The notes under the pieces were generated by a model. That model saw nothing but the letters and a program-made list of their open reading frames with translations, was not told the origin of the DNA and made no database searches. A stretch of 64,000 nucleotides of DNA from Patescibacteria group bacterium (GTDB lineage: Bacteria; Patescibacteriota; Microgenomatia; Levybacterales; UBA12049), in the NCBI GenBank assembly GCA_023484045.1, contig JAMDAA010000018.1, positions 4-64,003 of the forward strand, written 5' to 3'. Both the position numbers and the translations under genes were made by a program. Each line of letters starts with the position of its first letter. Position 1 is the first letter of the stretch. Positions 20,349 through 28,885 of this stretch are shown here, one piece after another.

Positions 20349-20587
20349 TGGCTGCTGGGCTTGGATTCCCCGCCTGCGGTCGCCTGAGGCGACAGCCGAT
20401 GGCGGGCAGGGAACCAAAATAAACGGATCCCCGCCTTGCCAAAGCCTGAGCTGCGGGACATGGATTCGAACCATGATACTGGGATCCAAAGTCCCATGTC
20501 CTACCATTAGACGATCCCGCAGCACAAACTTCAGCGATGGCGGGCAGGCAAAGTCCCGCCTGCGGCCTACCATTAGACGACCCAGCA
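20349..20587 (-). pseudogene. Disrupted outer tRNA-Gln(TTG) with T-loop and anticodon-loop insertions
   Basis: TGCTGGGTCGTCTAATGGTAGG...GGACTTT|GGATCCGTTTATTTTGGTTC|GAATCCAAGCCCAGCAGCCA rebuilds a cloverleaf once 20369-20410 and 20431-20549 are removed. Confidence 0.8.
20451..20521 (-). tRNA. tRNA-Gln(TTG), intact, nested in the disrupted copy
   Basis: Acceptor TGCGGGA/TCCCGCA; anticodon arm TGGGA-CTTTGGA-TCCCA; T arm CATGG-TTCGAAT-CCATG. Confidence 0.95.
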
Positions 20588-20676
20588 ATACTCCTTAATG
20601 ATACCAAATTAGGCTTCGCGCTTCAATCCGATCAACATATATTGACTTAGTTTGATAGCTGTGTTTTAATCTGAAC

Positions 20677-21450
20677 ATGGACCAGGAACAAAACAAAATA
20701 GAGGAAAAGGAAGGGAAACAGGAAAACAAAAATTATGTCAAAATTCCGACACAGCTTTTTATATTTATAGGACTGGCTGTATTATTAATTATAATTTTAA
20801 TCGTCGGATTTTATCTTGGTTCAAATTACGGAAAAAATAATCAAAAAAGCGCACAACCAACTCCTGTTACGAAAGTCTCTCCGACGATTCAAGTAACACT
20901 GACGTCGACTCAAATTACACCAACTGTGTCTTTGCCCGAAAGTTCAAATCCAAACGTAAAAAGATTTATATCAGACATTTTGGGGATTTCGTTTACATAC
21001 CTTGAGAATCAGGACAACGGGAAAATATTAGCAAAAGAAGTCGGAAACAAAGTTTATGTTTATCCTTCAAATCTCCCTGAAACAACCGGACAATACGTAG
21101 AGGTAATGAGTAAAGACAAAAATAATACGCTCGAGCAGGCGCTCAGAAAATCGATTTTAAAAGGTTATTCCCAAGCTAATTGTCTTTTAAAACCGGTTAA
21201 TTTAAATAATGGCAATCCAGATTATGTTACGATCGAAATCGTCGTCCCGATAACCGATAATGATGATTTGTCAACGATCGATGAAAAGGCAAAAAAATGT
21301 CCGCCAAAATACACAGCGACTAATGGACAAGCCTATTTTCTGGAAGATAAAAATCATCCCGATAGAATGCTTTTCTTTTCGATCGGTCAATACGCGATAA
21401 TGTCCGAAGGCGGCAAAACGTGGCAGGAAACTATAAAAATATTTAAATAA
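20677..21450 (+). CDS. Membrane-anchored hypothetical surface protein
   Basis: Single N-proximal TM, Pro/Thr linker and a globular domain ending ETIKIFK. Confidence 0.75.
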   Translation: MDQEQNKIEEKEGKQENKNYVKIPTQLFIFIGLAVLLIIILIVGFYLGSNYGKNNQKSAQPTPVTKVSPTIQVTLTSTQITPTVSLPESSNPNVKRFISDILGISFTYLENQDNGKILAKEVGNKVYVYPSNLPETTGQYVEVMSKDKNNTLEQALRKSILKGYSQANCLLKPVNLNNGNPDYVTIEIVVPITDNDDLSTIDEKAKKCPPKYTATNGQAYFLEDKNHPDRMLFFSIGQYAIMSEGGKTWQETIKIFK

Positions 21451-21453
21451 AAA

Positions 21454-21702
21454 TTATTTTAAGTAAACTAGTGTTCCTTCTTTGGCTTTTTGATTAATTT
21501 TTATTCCGACTTCGTCGCCAGACTTTCCGGCTTCGATCTGTGCATGTTCGACTTGCATCGATTCGACAACCTGCTCGAAAGTGTTATCGCCTTTAACAAA
21601 TTTGATTTTATCTCCAACCTTTAAAGGTTTTGTGAGTTTTATGATCGCGACTCCGACTTTATCGTAATAATGCGTTACTTTACCCAATGCGTCTTTATCC
21701 AA
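21454..21702 (-). CDS. Translation elongation factor-like small beta-barrel protein (U32 peptidase C-terminal-like)
   Basis: GKVTHYYDKVGVAII.L...LKVGD.I...Q.V.SMQ.EH...G.EVGIK; strong AGGAGGT SD before a TTG start. Confidence 0.82.
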   Translation of the reverse strand: MDKDALGKVTHYYDKVGVAIIKLTKPLKVGDKIKFVKGDNTFEQVVESMQVEHAQIEAGKSGDEVGIKINQKAKEGTLVYLK

Positions 21703-21847
21703 AAAGTTTCACCTCCTCTCGCTAGAAACTCTTAACGAGTTTCATCGAGTATTAGAGTTTCTTGCGTCCGCCTTAAAACGCTCCGTGAGCCGTGTACGAA
21801 TAGTACAAGAAGACGAACGGCAAGTTTAGGCGGGCATATCAATAATA

Positions 21848-22417
21848 TTATTTTCGCCAGTACAAACCTATTATCTGTGCCTGATCGATTATGTGTCCCG
21901 TCATCGCCTTTTCGATTTCCGACCTTCGGGGCGCGCTTTTTAGATTCAACATCGTGTCCAAAGCGAATAATTTGAATACATAGTGATGAGCACCACTTGG
22001 TGGACACGGGGCAACATAACCTGCGTTCCCGATCGACGTTTTTCCTTCATACGCGCCTTTTGACGTAGAATTTTCCTGAATTTCTCTGACCGAGGGATTG
22101 ATATCGTAAACAACCCAATGAGTAAATGTTCCGCTCGGTGCGTCCGGGTCTTCGACAAATAAAACAAAACTTTTAGTATTTTGCGGCACATCTGAAATTA
22201 CTAGCGGGGGATTAATACCGCGTCCGTCACAAGAATATTGAACGGGTAAATTTGAGTTATCCTGAAAAGCAGGACTAGTAATTTTCATATTTGTTTTCTG
22301 TAGATTTTGAGTTTCTGAACTTTCTTTATTAATTATAGAACCAAAATAAAATTTTACAATAAGAAGGATTACAAAAATTAAGAGAAGAAAAACACCAATT
22401 AAAATTACGCGTTTCAT
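21848..22417 (-). CDS. YbhB/YbcL (PEBP/Raf kinase inhibitor-like) protein
   Basis: Motifs ITSPAF, DPDAP.GTFTHW, PCPPSG.HHY.F.L.ALD. Confidence 0.93.
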   Translation of the reverse strand: MKRVILIGVFLLLIFVILLIVKFYFGSIINKESSETQNLQKTNMKITSPAFQDNSNLPVQYSCDGRGINPPLVISDVPQNTKSFVLFVEDPDAPSGTFTHWVVYDINPSVREIQENSTSKGAYEGKTSIGNAGYVAPCPPSGAHHYVFKLFALDTMLNLKSAPRRSEIEKAMTGHIIDQAQIIGLYWRK

Positions 22418-22425
22418 TACGAGGT

Positions 22426-22530
22426 GAGCGGGTGACCGTACTTCGCTCGAACCTATATAAGTATATCACGTCAGAATTAATATCACAGCTAAATGCCTTA
22501 AAAAAGCATTTTGCAAGTAAAAAGCTTTAA
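22426..22530. repeat. att-like repeat copy 1 (tRNA-Gly 3' end plus conserved ~75-bp arm)
   Basis: GAGCGGGTGACCGTACTTCGCTCGAACCT...; homologous to copies at 25374 and 25927. Confidence 0.8.
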
Positions 22531-22543
22531 GAAAATCAAATTG

Positions 22544-23560
22544 TCAAAGTTTCCTTACGGTAACATCTTTTAGGTACTGATTTTGGAAATTTGTTTTATC
22601 TCCAATTTTAGCTTTACCATCAGAAACAAATCTCACTGATAAAGACTTCTGATATTTATTTGATAATCCTTGTACAAGCCGTAAAATTTGAGCAACTCTT
22701 TGAGGATCCTCATTAATACCAATAGGATAAGTGTCAATTCCTAAACCGGAATGTAAAGATAAAAATACATTTCTTTCTACAAAAAAATTCCCTTGTTCAT
22801 ATTCTTCAGCTAATTCGAAATCCTCAAGACAGGGCAACATTAAACCGCACAAGCCAACTGGTTTAGGATTATGTTTTTTGAGAAATTCTGTTATTTGTAT
22901 GTATGTATCTGTAGTTACTGATTGATCGAAGGAGAAGCCAAGTCTTTTTATGAAATTTACTAAACTTCCTTTTCCATCAAATATAGGCGCAATCGAAGAA
23001 TCAATGCCTAGAAAATCAGGATGACTACCAAACATTTTATACAATTTATCCCAACTCGCTTTAACTTTTTGCAACCACTCATCCAGAGTTGTGCAGCCTT
23101 CTGAAAGATCGGTTGCCTGCAGGCCTATCGCAAATCCGTTTCTTTCATATGCCGACGAAGGAAAATAGGGACTTGATGGTTTATTGTTAAACACATACGC
23201 AAAATTAAATGTTAAACCGGGCTTATTTTTTAATAGTTCAAATAAAACTTGACTGTGAGAAGCGCCTATTGATTCGGTTGTAAGATCAATGTTAAAAGAT
23301 ACCGTCTCGGTTTCATAAAAATCTGGTAAATTATTTAAAGTTTGCTGAAGTAATAATGGACCTACACCCAAAAGAATAGTCATATCACCAATACGATCTT
23401 CTAATTCTCTTGGATTTTTAAACGGAGAACAAATTCTTCTTGTTTGCACTTCATATCCCTGTTCGGTTATTTTCGCAGCTAACTCATTAACCTTGCTAAC
23501 CGCTTGCTGATCGGGTGTACTTGTAAAATAACAGACCGATCTGACCACTTCATTGCTCAT
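22544..23560 (-). CDS. DUF711 family protein
   Basis: Motifs PYFPSS, GIDSSIAP, VGLCGLMLPCLED..LA and GLGIDTYPI. Confidence 0.75.
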   Translation of the reverse strand: MSNEVVRSVCYFTSTPDQQAVSKVNELAAKITEQGYEVQTRRICSPFKNPRELEDRIGDMTILLGVGPLLLQQTLNNLPDFYETETVSFNIDLTTESIGASHSQVLFELLKNKPGLTFNFAYVFNNKPSSPYFPSSAYERNGFAIGLQATDLSEGCTTLDEWLQKVKASWDKLYKMFGSHPDFLGIDSSIAPIFDGKGSLVNFIKRLGFSFDQSVTTDTYIQITEFLKKHNPKPVGLCGLMLPCLEDFELAEEYEQGNFFVERNVFLSLHSGLGIDTYPIGINEDPQRVAQILRLVQGLSNKYQKSLSVRFVSDGKAKIGDKTNFQNQYLKDVTVRKL

Positions 23561-23686
23561 GGTTTATTGTCCCAGATTTTAAATAATCTTTATTTTCCCA
23601 ATGTTTTTCGCCATAATAATTCGCCCAGGTTCCTTAGCCGATAATTTGAGCAGGTTTTTGGACAACCTAATAGATTTAAATGATTT

Positions 23687-24520
23687 CTATTTACTTTCAA
23701 TAAGTTTTAGCTCTTTTGCATTTTTCTTTGTTATTACCTTTTTACCACTTTTTGATTCAATTTGCCTTCTGGCATTTCCAGCAATAGTTCCGCCTTCTTT
23801 AGCAACTTTTCTATTCTCTGGAAAGGTTTTTGGTTTACGTTTTTGAGAAATTTCTGTAGTAGCGGTTTCTGCCAACATATTAAGAACCAGTTCTAAATTT
23901 GTCATGTTATCCCGCAGGTTTTCTTTCTTCATTCCTTTGAGATTTTTATACTGTTTCGTGGTCATGCCTGTCCAAGCAATAGTAATATCGTCTGTTAAAA
24001 TGGCAAATTCGCTGGTTTCTTTTACTCCTCGCATTTCCCATTCATCCGTTAGAGCTTTCCTTATCTCAATACTTTTTAGGCGTTGATTGATCCAATCTTT
24101 ACTATAACCTTTTCTTAGATATGTTTGTAAGGCACGGTTAATTGCTAATTCGGGATCATGGGCTTCTTCGATACGCTCATATCCAACTCGAGCTAGCCAT
24201 AATTTAAAAGGCTCTGCATTAGGGGATGGAATAGATTGGATTATACGAAGCATGACTTCGGTATCGGCCACGTCTGTTAGATAAAACTTTCCATCAGCTG
24301 CCTGCATTTTTAGTTGTCCGATTTTTTCGGACAACTCACTTCCTTCCATCTTAAGCTTCCTCTTCAAATCATCCCAATACTTCCTAGGCCTTGAGGTTTG
24401 TGCTAAAACCTCCACTACGTCTACAACTGAAAAATACCACTTCTCCTCTTTGTCATTCCAGTGGCGACGGATCCTTCTCCCCTCAAAAATGGCAATTTTG
24501 GAAACCTTAGTCACAGCCAT
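23687..24520 (-). CDS. BRO-N domain DNA-binding protein (phage antirepressor-like)
   Basis: IRRHW...WYFSVVDVV..L...YW..LK...QLKMQAADGK.Y.TD...AEPFKLWLA..GYER. Confidence 0.88.
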   Translation of the reverse strand: MAVTKVSKIAIFEGRRIRRHWNDKEEKWYFSVVDVVEVLAQTSRPRKYWDDLKRKLKMEGSELSEKIGQLKMQAADGKFYLTDVADTEVMLRIIQSIPSPNAEPFKLWLARVGYERIEEAHDPELAINRALQTYLRKGYSKDWINQRLKSIEIRKALTDEWEMRGVKETSEFAILTDDITIAWTGMTTKQYKNLKGMKKENLRDNMTNLELVLNMLAETATTEISQKRKPKTFPENRKVAKEGGTIAGNARRQIESKSGKKVITKKNAKELKLIESK

Positions 24521-24581
24521 ATTTTAGCAGATTCTTTGGTGGATAATTACACGGATTTTTGCTATAGTCAGGATACCGAAT

Positions 24582-24670
24582 GATCCCTGTAGTGAAAGTA
24601 CCTTATTATTAGGGAGCGCATGTCGGCACTGGCAACAGATGACCGTCTTGGCTACAGGGATCTCCTTTTA
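24582..24670 (+). other. Candidate structured RNA in a divergent intergenic region
   Basis: Closing stem GATCCCTGTAG/CTACAGGGATC; internal CTG-GCAA-CAG GNRA hairpin; followed by a T-rich tract. Confidence 0.45.
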
Positions 24671-24701
24671 TTTTGTTCCATCCTTATAGTATCATTTATT
24701 T

Positions 24702-25220
24702 ATGAGCAAATATGTTTTCAAACCCTATGATCCTATTTTCCCTATTCTTTTTGAGAATGAAAAGAAACGATTATTATCTTATCTGACGGGTAATTATAGG
24801 ATTGAACATATTGGAAGTACTGCTATACCAAACTTAGGTGGCAAAGGAATTATTGATATTGCAATTGCTATACGTAAAGAACAAATGCAGAATTTTTGTC
24901 AGAATTTGCAAAAAGCAGGATATACTTATGAACCTGAAGACGGGACAAATGAGAGAATGTTCTTCTGGCAAGACTTATTAGATACGTTAGAAAGTAACAG
25001 AAGATACCATATACATTTAACTTTTCCAGAAAGTGACGAATGGAAGCGAGTATTATTGTTTAGAGACTACTTAAAAAAGCATCCGAGTGAAGCAAAAAAG
25101 TACGCTGATATTAAGAAGAAAGCTGTAAACGAAATTAATGTTAATAAAGAAAAATATATGGCTGCAAAATCACCTCTAATGGAAGAACTATTAAAAAAAG
25201 CATCTACCGAAAAATTCTAA
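24702..25220 (+). CDS. GrpB family nucleotidyltransferase-fold protein
   Basis: Motifs IEHIGSTAIP.L..K.IIDI, HIHL, FRDYL..HP...Y..K and Y..AK. Confidence 0.92.
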   Translation: MSKYVFKPYDPIFPILFENEKKRLLSYLTGNYRIEHIGSTAIPNLGGKGIIDIAIAIRKEQMQNFCQNLQKAGYTYEPEDGTNERMFFWQDLLDTLESNRRYHIHLTFPESDEWKRVLLFRDYLKKHPSEAKKYADIKKKAVNEINVNKEKYMAAKSPLMEELLKKASTEKF

Positions 25221-25373
25221 AAGGTCCGATTCTTGCCTCACGGTATGTTTTTCTTGAGGCTAGCAAAATTCCTCTAAAAATTTAGGCTCGAACCCTTCGG
25301 CAAACTCAGGGCTGTAGCTAGAAAATGTTGCTTTGAAGGGTAAAATTGGAAGGTTTCAAAAACCATTTCGGTC

Positions 25374-25479
25374 TGGAGCCGGTGACCGTACTTTGCTCGA
25401 ACCTGCGAGGTTTAATTACTCCAGATCTAATTTTACAACTTAATGTTCTTAAAGCCCATATAAAAATTAAAAGCTTTAC
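25374..25479. repeat. att-like repeat copy 2
   Basis: TGGAGCCGGTGACCGTACTTTGCTCGAACCT...AAAAGCTTTA. Confidence 0.8.
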
Positions 25480-25486
25480 TGATTTT

Positions 25487-25894
25487 TTAAATGATTTCTA
25501 AAATTGCGTCTTTATAAAACTGTGGCATCCGCAGCTCTTTTAGCTCTTGTTTGCTAAAAGCTTTAAATTCTGAAATGCCTGCTTCACCATTGAGCTCAAA
25601 AGAGTCTGATTTATTTTCTAAAAGACAATTATAAATAAGCACCAAAACACCATTCACTTCGTCATGAGTTCTTTCTCCACCCAAAAGATATGCTTTTATC
25701 AAGCTTTGAGGCTTAACATCAAACCCTAATTCTTCAAGAAGTTCTCGGGTCACTGTTAGTTCTGGTTGTTCACCAGCATCTAACTTTCCTCCAGGTAATT
25801 CCCATTCATTTCTTTCATTTTTTCTCAGCCAAACTTTGTTATTTTCAATAACAATGCCTTTAACCGAGATGGGAATAAGGTAAGATTTATACAT
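25487..25894 (-). CDS. NUDIX hydrolase
   Basis: Nudix box WELPGGKLDAGEQPELTVTRELLEELG. Confidence 0.92.
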   Translation of the reverse strand: MYKSYLIPISVKGIVIENNKVWLRKNERNEWELPGGKLDAGEQPELTVTRELLEELGFDVKPQSLIKAYLLGGERTHDEVNGVLVLIYNCLLENKSDSFELNGEAGISEFKAFSKQELKELRMPQFYKDAILEII

Positions 25895-25926
25895 TAATGT
25901 AATTTTCTATACATTTCTGTCACTTT

Positions 25927-26058
25927 TGGAGCTGGTAACCGTACCTCGCTCGAACTCGCCTCGCTTCGCGGTCGAAGCGGGCCTATCAAAGTATATCACG
26001 CCAGAATTAATCCTACAGTTAGTTACCCTTAAAGAACATTTAAAGATTAAAGTTTTAT
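25927..26058. repeat. att-like repeat copy 3, with a ~27-bp palindrome insertion
   Basis: TGGAGCTGGTAACCGTACCTCGCTCGAAC[TCGCCTCGCTTCGCGGTCGAAGCGGG]CCTATCAAAGTATATCACGCCAGAATTAAT. Confidence 0.8.
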
Positions 26059-26375
26059 TGGGTACCAAAAGCTGGTTGATTAACTATTATGGCTTTGAAT
26101 GTACCCTTCATTTCGTATTTAGTTCCTTTTTCTACATAACAAACATCACCGACATTTAGTGTAACTTCCTCATTATTGAATACCAAAATTAAATTTCCCT
26201 CAAGAACATAATAAATCCGATTGTAATAAGCTGTCTCTTTTTCGTAATAATCTGTGGCTTCTGTTGTGGCCAAGGAAACATCTTTGGAAATATCTTTAGT
26301 AATAAAGCTTATTGCGATTTTATTGTCGGCAATTTTTCTTATTGTTACCTCGGACTTTCTAACAACTTTAAACAT
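26055..26375 (-). CDS. Cupin domain protein (EutQ-like)
   Basis: IYYVLEG.L......L..GD..YV.KGT.Y cupin pattern. Confidence 0.8.
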   Translation of the reverse strand: MFKVVRKSEVTIRKIADNKIAISFITKDISKDVSLATTEATDYYEKETAYYNRIYYVLEGNLILVFNNEEVTLNVGDVCYVEKGTKYEMKGTFKAIIVNQPAFGTQ

Positions 26376-26667
26376 GTTTATAATTTTCTCCTTCCCCAAG
26401 GGTTCTTTTTAAAGCTTTCTTGAGATTGTCTCTTCCAAACCCGCTTTTTAGAAAAACTTCGCGAGCTTTTGCGTCTTTTTCGTTGATAAAATATTCATAA
26501 TGAACAAGCTTAAGCGGTCTTCTGTTGGCTGTGGAACTTACTTCGCCTCGAGCATGTCTCAAAAGTCGATCTTTTAAATCAGCAGTATAACCAGTGTAAA
26601 ACTTTTTGTCTTTAAGACTAATAAGATTGTACACGTAGTATTTATTATTAGAACGTCTAACGTTCAT
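26368..26667 (-). CDS. Small GIY-YIG nuclease
   Basis: YYVY.L.S.KD..FYTGYT.DL..RL.RH..G...ST..RRP..LV.YE...DA..RE..LKSG.GR. Confidence 0.93.
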   Translation of the reverse strand: MNVRRSNNKYYVYNLISLKDKKFYTGYTADLKDRLLRHARGEVSSTANRRPLKLVHYEYFINEKDAKAREVFLKSGFGRDNLKKALKRTLGEGENYKHV

Positions 26668-26741
26668 TAACTTTATATAATGATTTGCCCAGTCTGACTG
26701 GGCTCCTCGTCATCCTCGGTGAAACCGAGTTTGACTCGGTG

Positions 26742-26813
26742 AGCGGTGGACCGGATTCGAACCGGCGACATCTTCCTTGGCAAGGAAGCATTCTACCACT
26801 GAATTACCACCGC
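26742..26813 (-). tRNA. tRNA-Gly(GCC)
   Basis: Acceptor GCGGTGG/CCACCGC; anticodon arm CTTCC-TTGCCAA-GGAAG; T loop TTCGAAT. Confidence 0.95.
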
Positions 26814-26902
26814 GATTCGATCAAATAATACCAATTTCGCATCTCATTGTCAAAAAGTATCTAGCTCAGCAAAATCTCAGTTTGCTATAATTAAATTAAT
26901 TT

Positions 26903-27703
26903 ATGGACAATAATATCATTCAGGTTAAAAACCTCACGAAAAAATTTAAAGAATTCATCGCTGTTAATAACGTTTCGTTCGAAGTAAAAAAGAATGAGAT
27001 TTTCGCATTTTTGGGCCCAAACGGTGCCGGAAAAACTACAACAATAAAAATGCTTACAACTCTTCTTGATCCGACGAGCGGCGAAATTTTTTTGAATGGA
27101 TTCGACGCGCTAAAAGAGAAGAACGAAGCGCGCAAGTCTTTTGGAATCGTTTTTCAGGATCCGAGTCTCGACGACGAATTAACAGCTTTTGAAAACATGC
27201 AGTTTCACGCGGTTTTATACAATGTTAAAACAAATTCGCTCAGACAAAAGATAATCGAACTTTTGGATTTCGTCGAACTTCAAGACCGAAAAGATGCGCT
27301 TGTTAAAACTTTTTCGGGCGGAATGAAAAGAAGGCTCGAAATCGCAAGGGGATTATTGCATCACCCTAAAATTTTGTTTTTGGATGAACCGACGCTGGGT
27401 CTTGATCCACAAACGAGGAACAAAATCTGGGACTACATTAAAAATCTGAATAAAACAGAAGGAATAACCGTTTTTTTTACGACCCATTACATGGAAGAGG
27501 CAGAAAACATCGCGCAAAGGGTTGCGATAATCGACCACGGAAAAATTGTCGCAAAGGAAACTCCAGAGCAGCTTAAAAAATTGACAAAAAGTACTTCGCT
27601 TGAGAAAGCGTTTTTGGCGCTAACCGGAAAAAAAATTCGAGACGAAGAAGTAACCGGACAGGATATAATGAGAAACCACCGGAGAATGTGGAGGCATCGT
27701 TAA
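26903..27703 (+). CDS. ABC-2 exporter ATP-binding protein (DrrA-like)
   Basis: Motifs GPNGAGKTT, FSGGMKRR, LDEPTLGLD and TTHYMEEA. Confidence 0.95.
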   Translation: MDNNIIQVKNLTKKFKEFIAVNNVSFEVKKNEIFAFLGPNGAGKTTTIKMLTTLLDPTSGEIFLNGFDALKEKNEARKSFGIVFQDPSLDDELTAFENMQFHAVLYNVKTNSLRQKIIELLDFVELQDRKDALVKTFSGGMKRRLEIARGLLHHPKILFLDEPTLGLDPQTRNKIWDYIKNLNKTEGITVFFTTHYMEEAENIAQRVAIIDHGKIVAKETPEQLKKLTKSTSLEKAFLALTGKKIRDEEVTGQDIMRNHRRMWRHR

Positions 27704-27704
27704 T

Positions 27705-28451
27705 ATGAACGCGATTTATATTTTGTGGCTTCGTCAACTCAAAAGATATTTCAGGGCAAAAGCGCGAATTATCGGGTCGCTCGGTCAACCGCTACTTTTT
27801 TTGATCGCTTTGGGTTTTGGTTTCGGCCCGATTTACCAAAAAGCAGGGCAGGGGAATTATCTCGATTTTATCACGCCCGGAATTATCGCGATGAGTATCC
27901 TTTTTACATCGGTATTTTTCGGTATCGAAATTATTTGGGATAAACAATTCGGGTTTTTAAAAGAGACTTTAGTCGCGCCTGTATCGAGATTTAATATTAT
28001 GCTCGGAAGAACATTGGGTGGGGCGACTGTTTCAACGCTTCAAGGAGTGATCGTTTTAGTGCTTTCGACAATTTTTGGTTTTAGATTTCATAATCTTGCG
28101 ATGTTACCAGTCGCGCTTCTTTTTATGTTTTTAATCGCGCTCGTTTTTACGGGTCTTGGGACCGCGATCGGGTCAAAACTCGATGACATGCAGGGATTTC
28201 AGTTAATTATGAATTTTTTGATAATGCCACTTTTTTTCTTGTCGGGCGCGCTTTTCCCGCTGAGTGGATTGCCAAAAGCGTTAGTAATTGTCGCGTCGAT
28301 CGATCCATTGAGCTACGGGATCGACGGAATCCGCGGGGCCTTGGTCGGCGCTTCCCATTTTAATATGTTTGTCGATTTCGGGGTTTTAGGAATTTTGACT
28401 GTAATACTTTTGGCGCTTGGCGCTTATTTTTTCTCCAAGGTTCAGATATAG
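27705..28451 (+). CDS. ABC-2 type permease
   Basis: Six TM; DKQFGFLKETLVAP; PLFFLSGALFP; PLSYGIDG.R. Confidence 0.93.
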   Translation: MNAIYILWLRQLKRYFRAKARIIGSLGQPLLFLIALGFGFGPIYQKAGQGNYLDFITPGIIAMSILFTSVFFGIEIIWDKQFGFLKETLVAPVSRFNIMLGRTLGGATVSTLQGVIVLVLSTIFGFRFHNLAMLPVALLFMFLIALVFTGLGTAIGSKLDDMQGFQLIMNFLIMPLFFLSGALFPLSGLPKALVIVASIDPLSYGIDGIRGALVGASHFNMFVDFGVLGILTVILLALGAYFFSKVQI

Positions 28452-28518
28452 TCGTTTACTCTGAACGAACATTGTTCCGTTTCACGGGATGCCTTGAACA
28501 CTTAAACCCTCTGCATTG

Positions 28519-28591
28519 TGTCGAAGCGGTGAATCGAACACCGATAACGTGTTCTTCAGACACGCGCCTTGACCACGTTGGCAACTTCGAC
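28519..28591 (-). tRNA. tRNA-Phe(GAA)
   Basis: Acceptor GTCGAAG/CTTCGAC; anticodon arm CGTGT-CTGAAGA-ACACG; T arm CGGTG-TTCGATT-CACCG. Confidence 0.88.
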
Positions 28592-28673
28592 AGATTCGAC
28601 TCCGCTCACTGTCTAGCGGAATCAATCAGGCTCCATGCTAATTCGTATGGTCAACCCTGAGCCCGTCGAAGGG

Positions 28674-28696
28674 TGACCACGTTGGCAACTTCGACA
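28674..28696 (-). repeat. Duplicate of the tRNA-Phe 5' end
   Basis: TGACCACGTTGGCAACTTCGACA is identical to 28570-28592; it abuts the palindrome CCCTGAGCCCGTCGAAGGG. Confidence 0.85.
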
Positions 28697-28885
28697 ATCA
28701 ACTAATTATACCAAATGAACTCAAAAATTCCTATACGAAGAGGGAAGAGAAATACATGTCTCATAAGGAGTATCCTTATATGCGTAAACATCTGATCGCA
28801 CAGGGATACTCCTTGTTGAATTTGTTGAATTATTTTATCCCTTCGTCCCAAAAATTTCCCAAATTTTTGGTATACTAACCCAAAT

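Noticed and set aside
20431-20549. Self-splicing or BHB intron in tRNA-Gln
   Set aside because: The insert is too short for a group I or II core, has no clear bulge-helix-bulge, and the outer tRNA has additional lesions.
20248-20607. Three overlapping ORFs in the ORF track
   Set aside because: They are read-throughs of GC-rich tRNA and palindrome sequence.
24600-24655. ZTP (pfl) riboswitch resemblance (GGGAGCG...GACCGTCTTGGC)
   Set aside because: The 5' GACTGGCG/GGTGG elements and the terminal CTGGGC are missing, and the flanking genes are unrelated to purine or folate metabolism.
22426-26058. CRISPR array or classical integron attC sites
   Set aside because: The repeats are ~105 bp, diverged and separated by gene-sized blocks; there are no cas or intI genes and no RYYYAAC/GTTRRRY ends.
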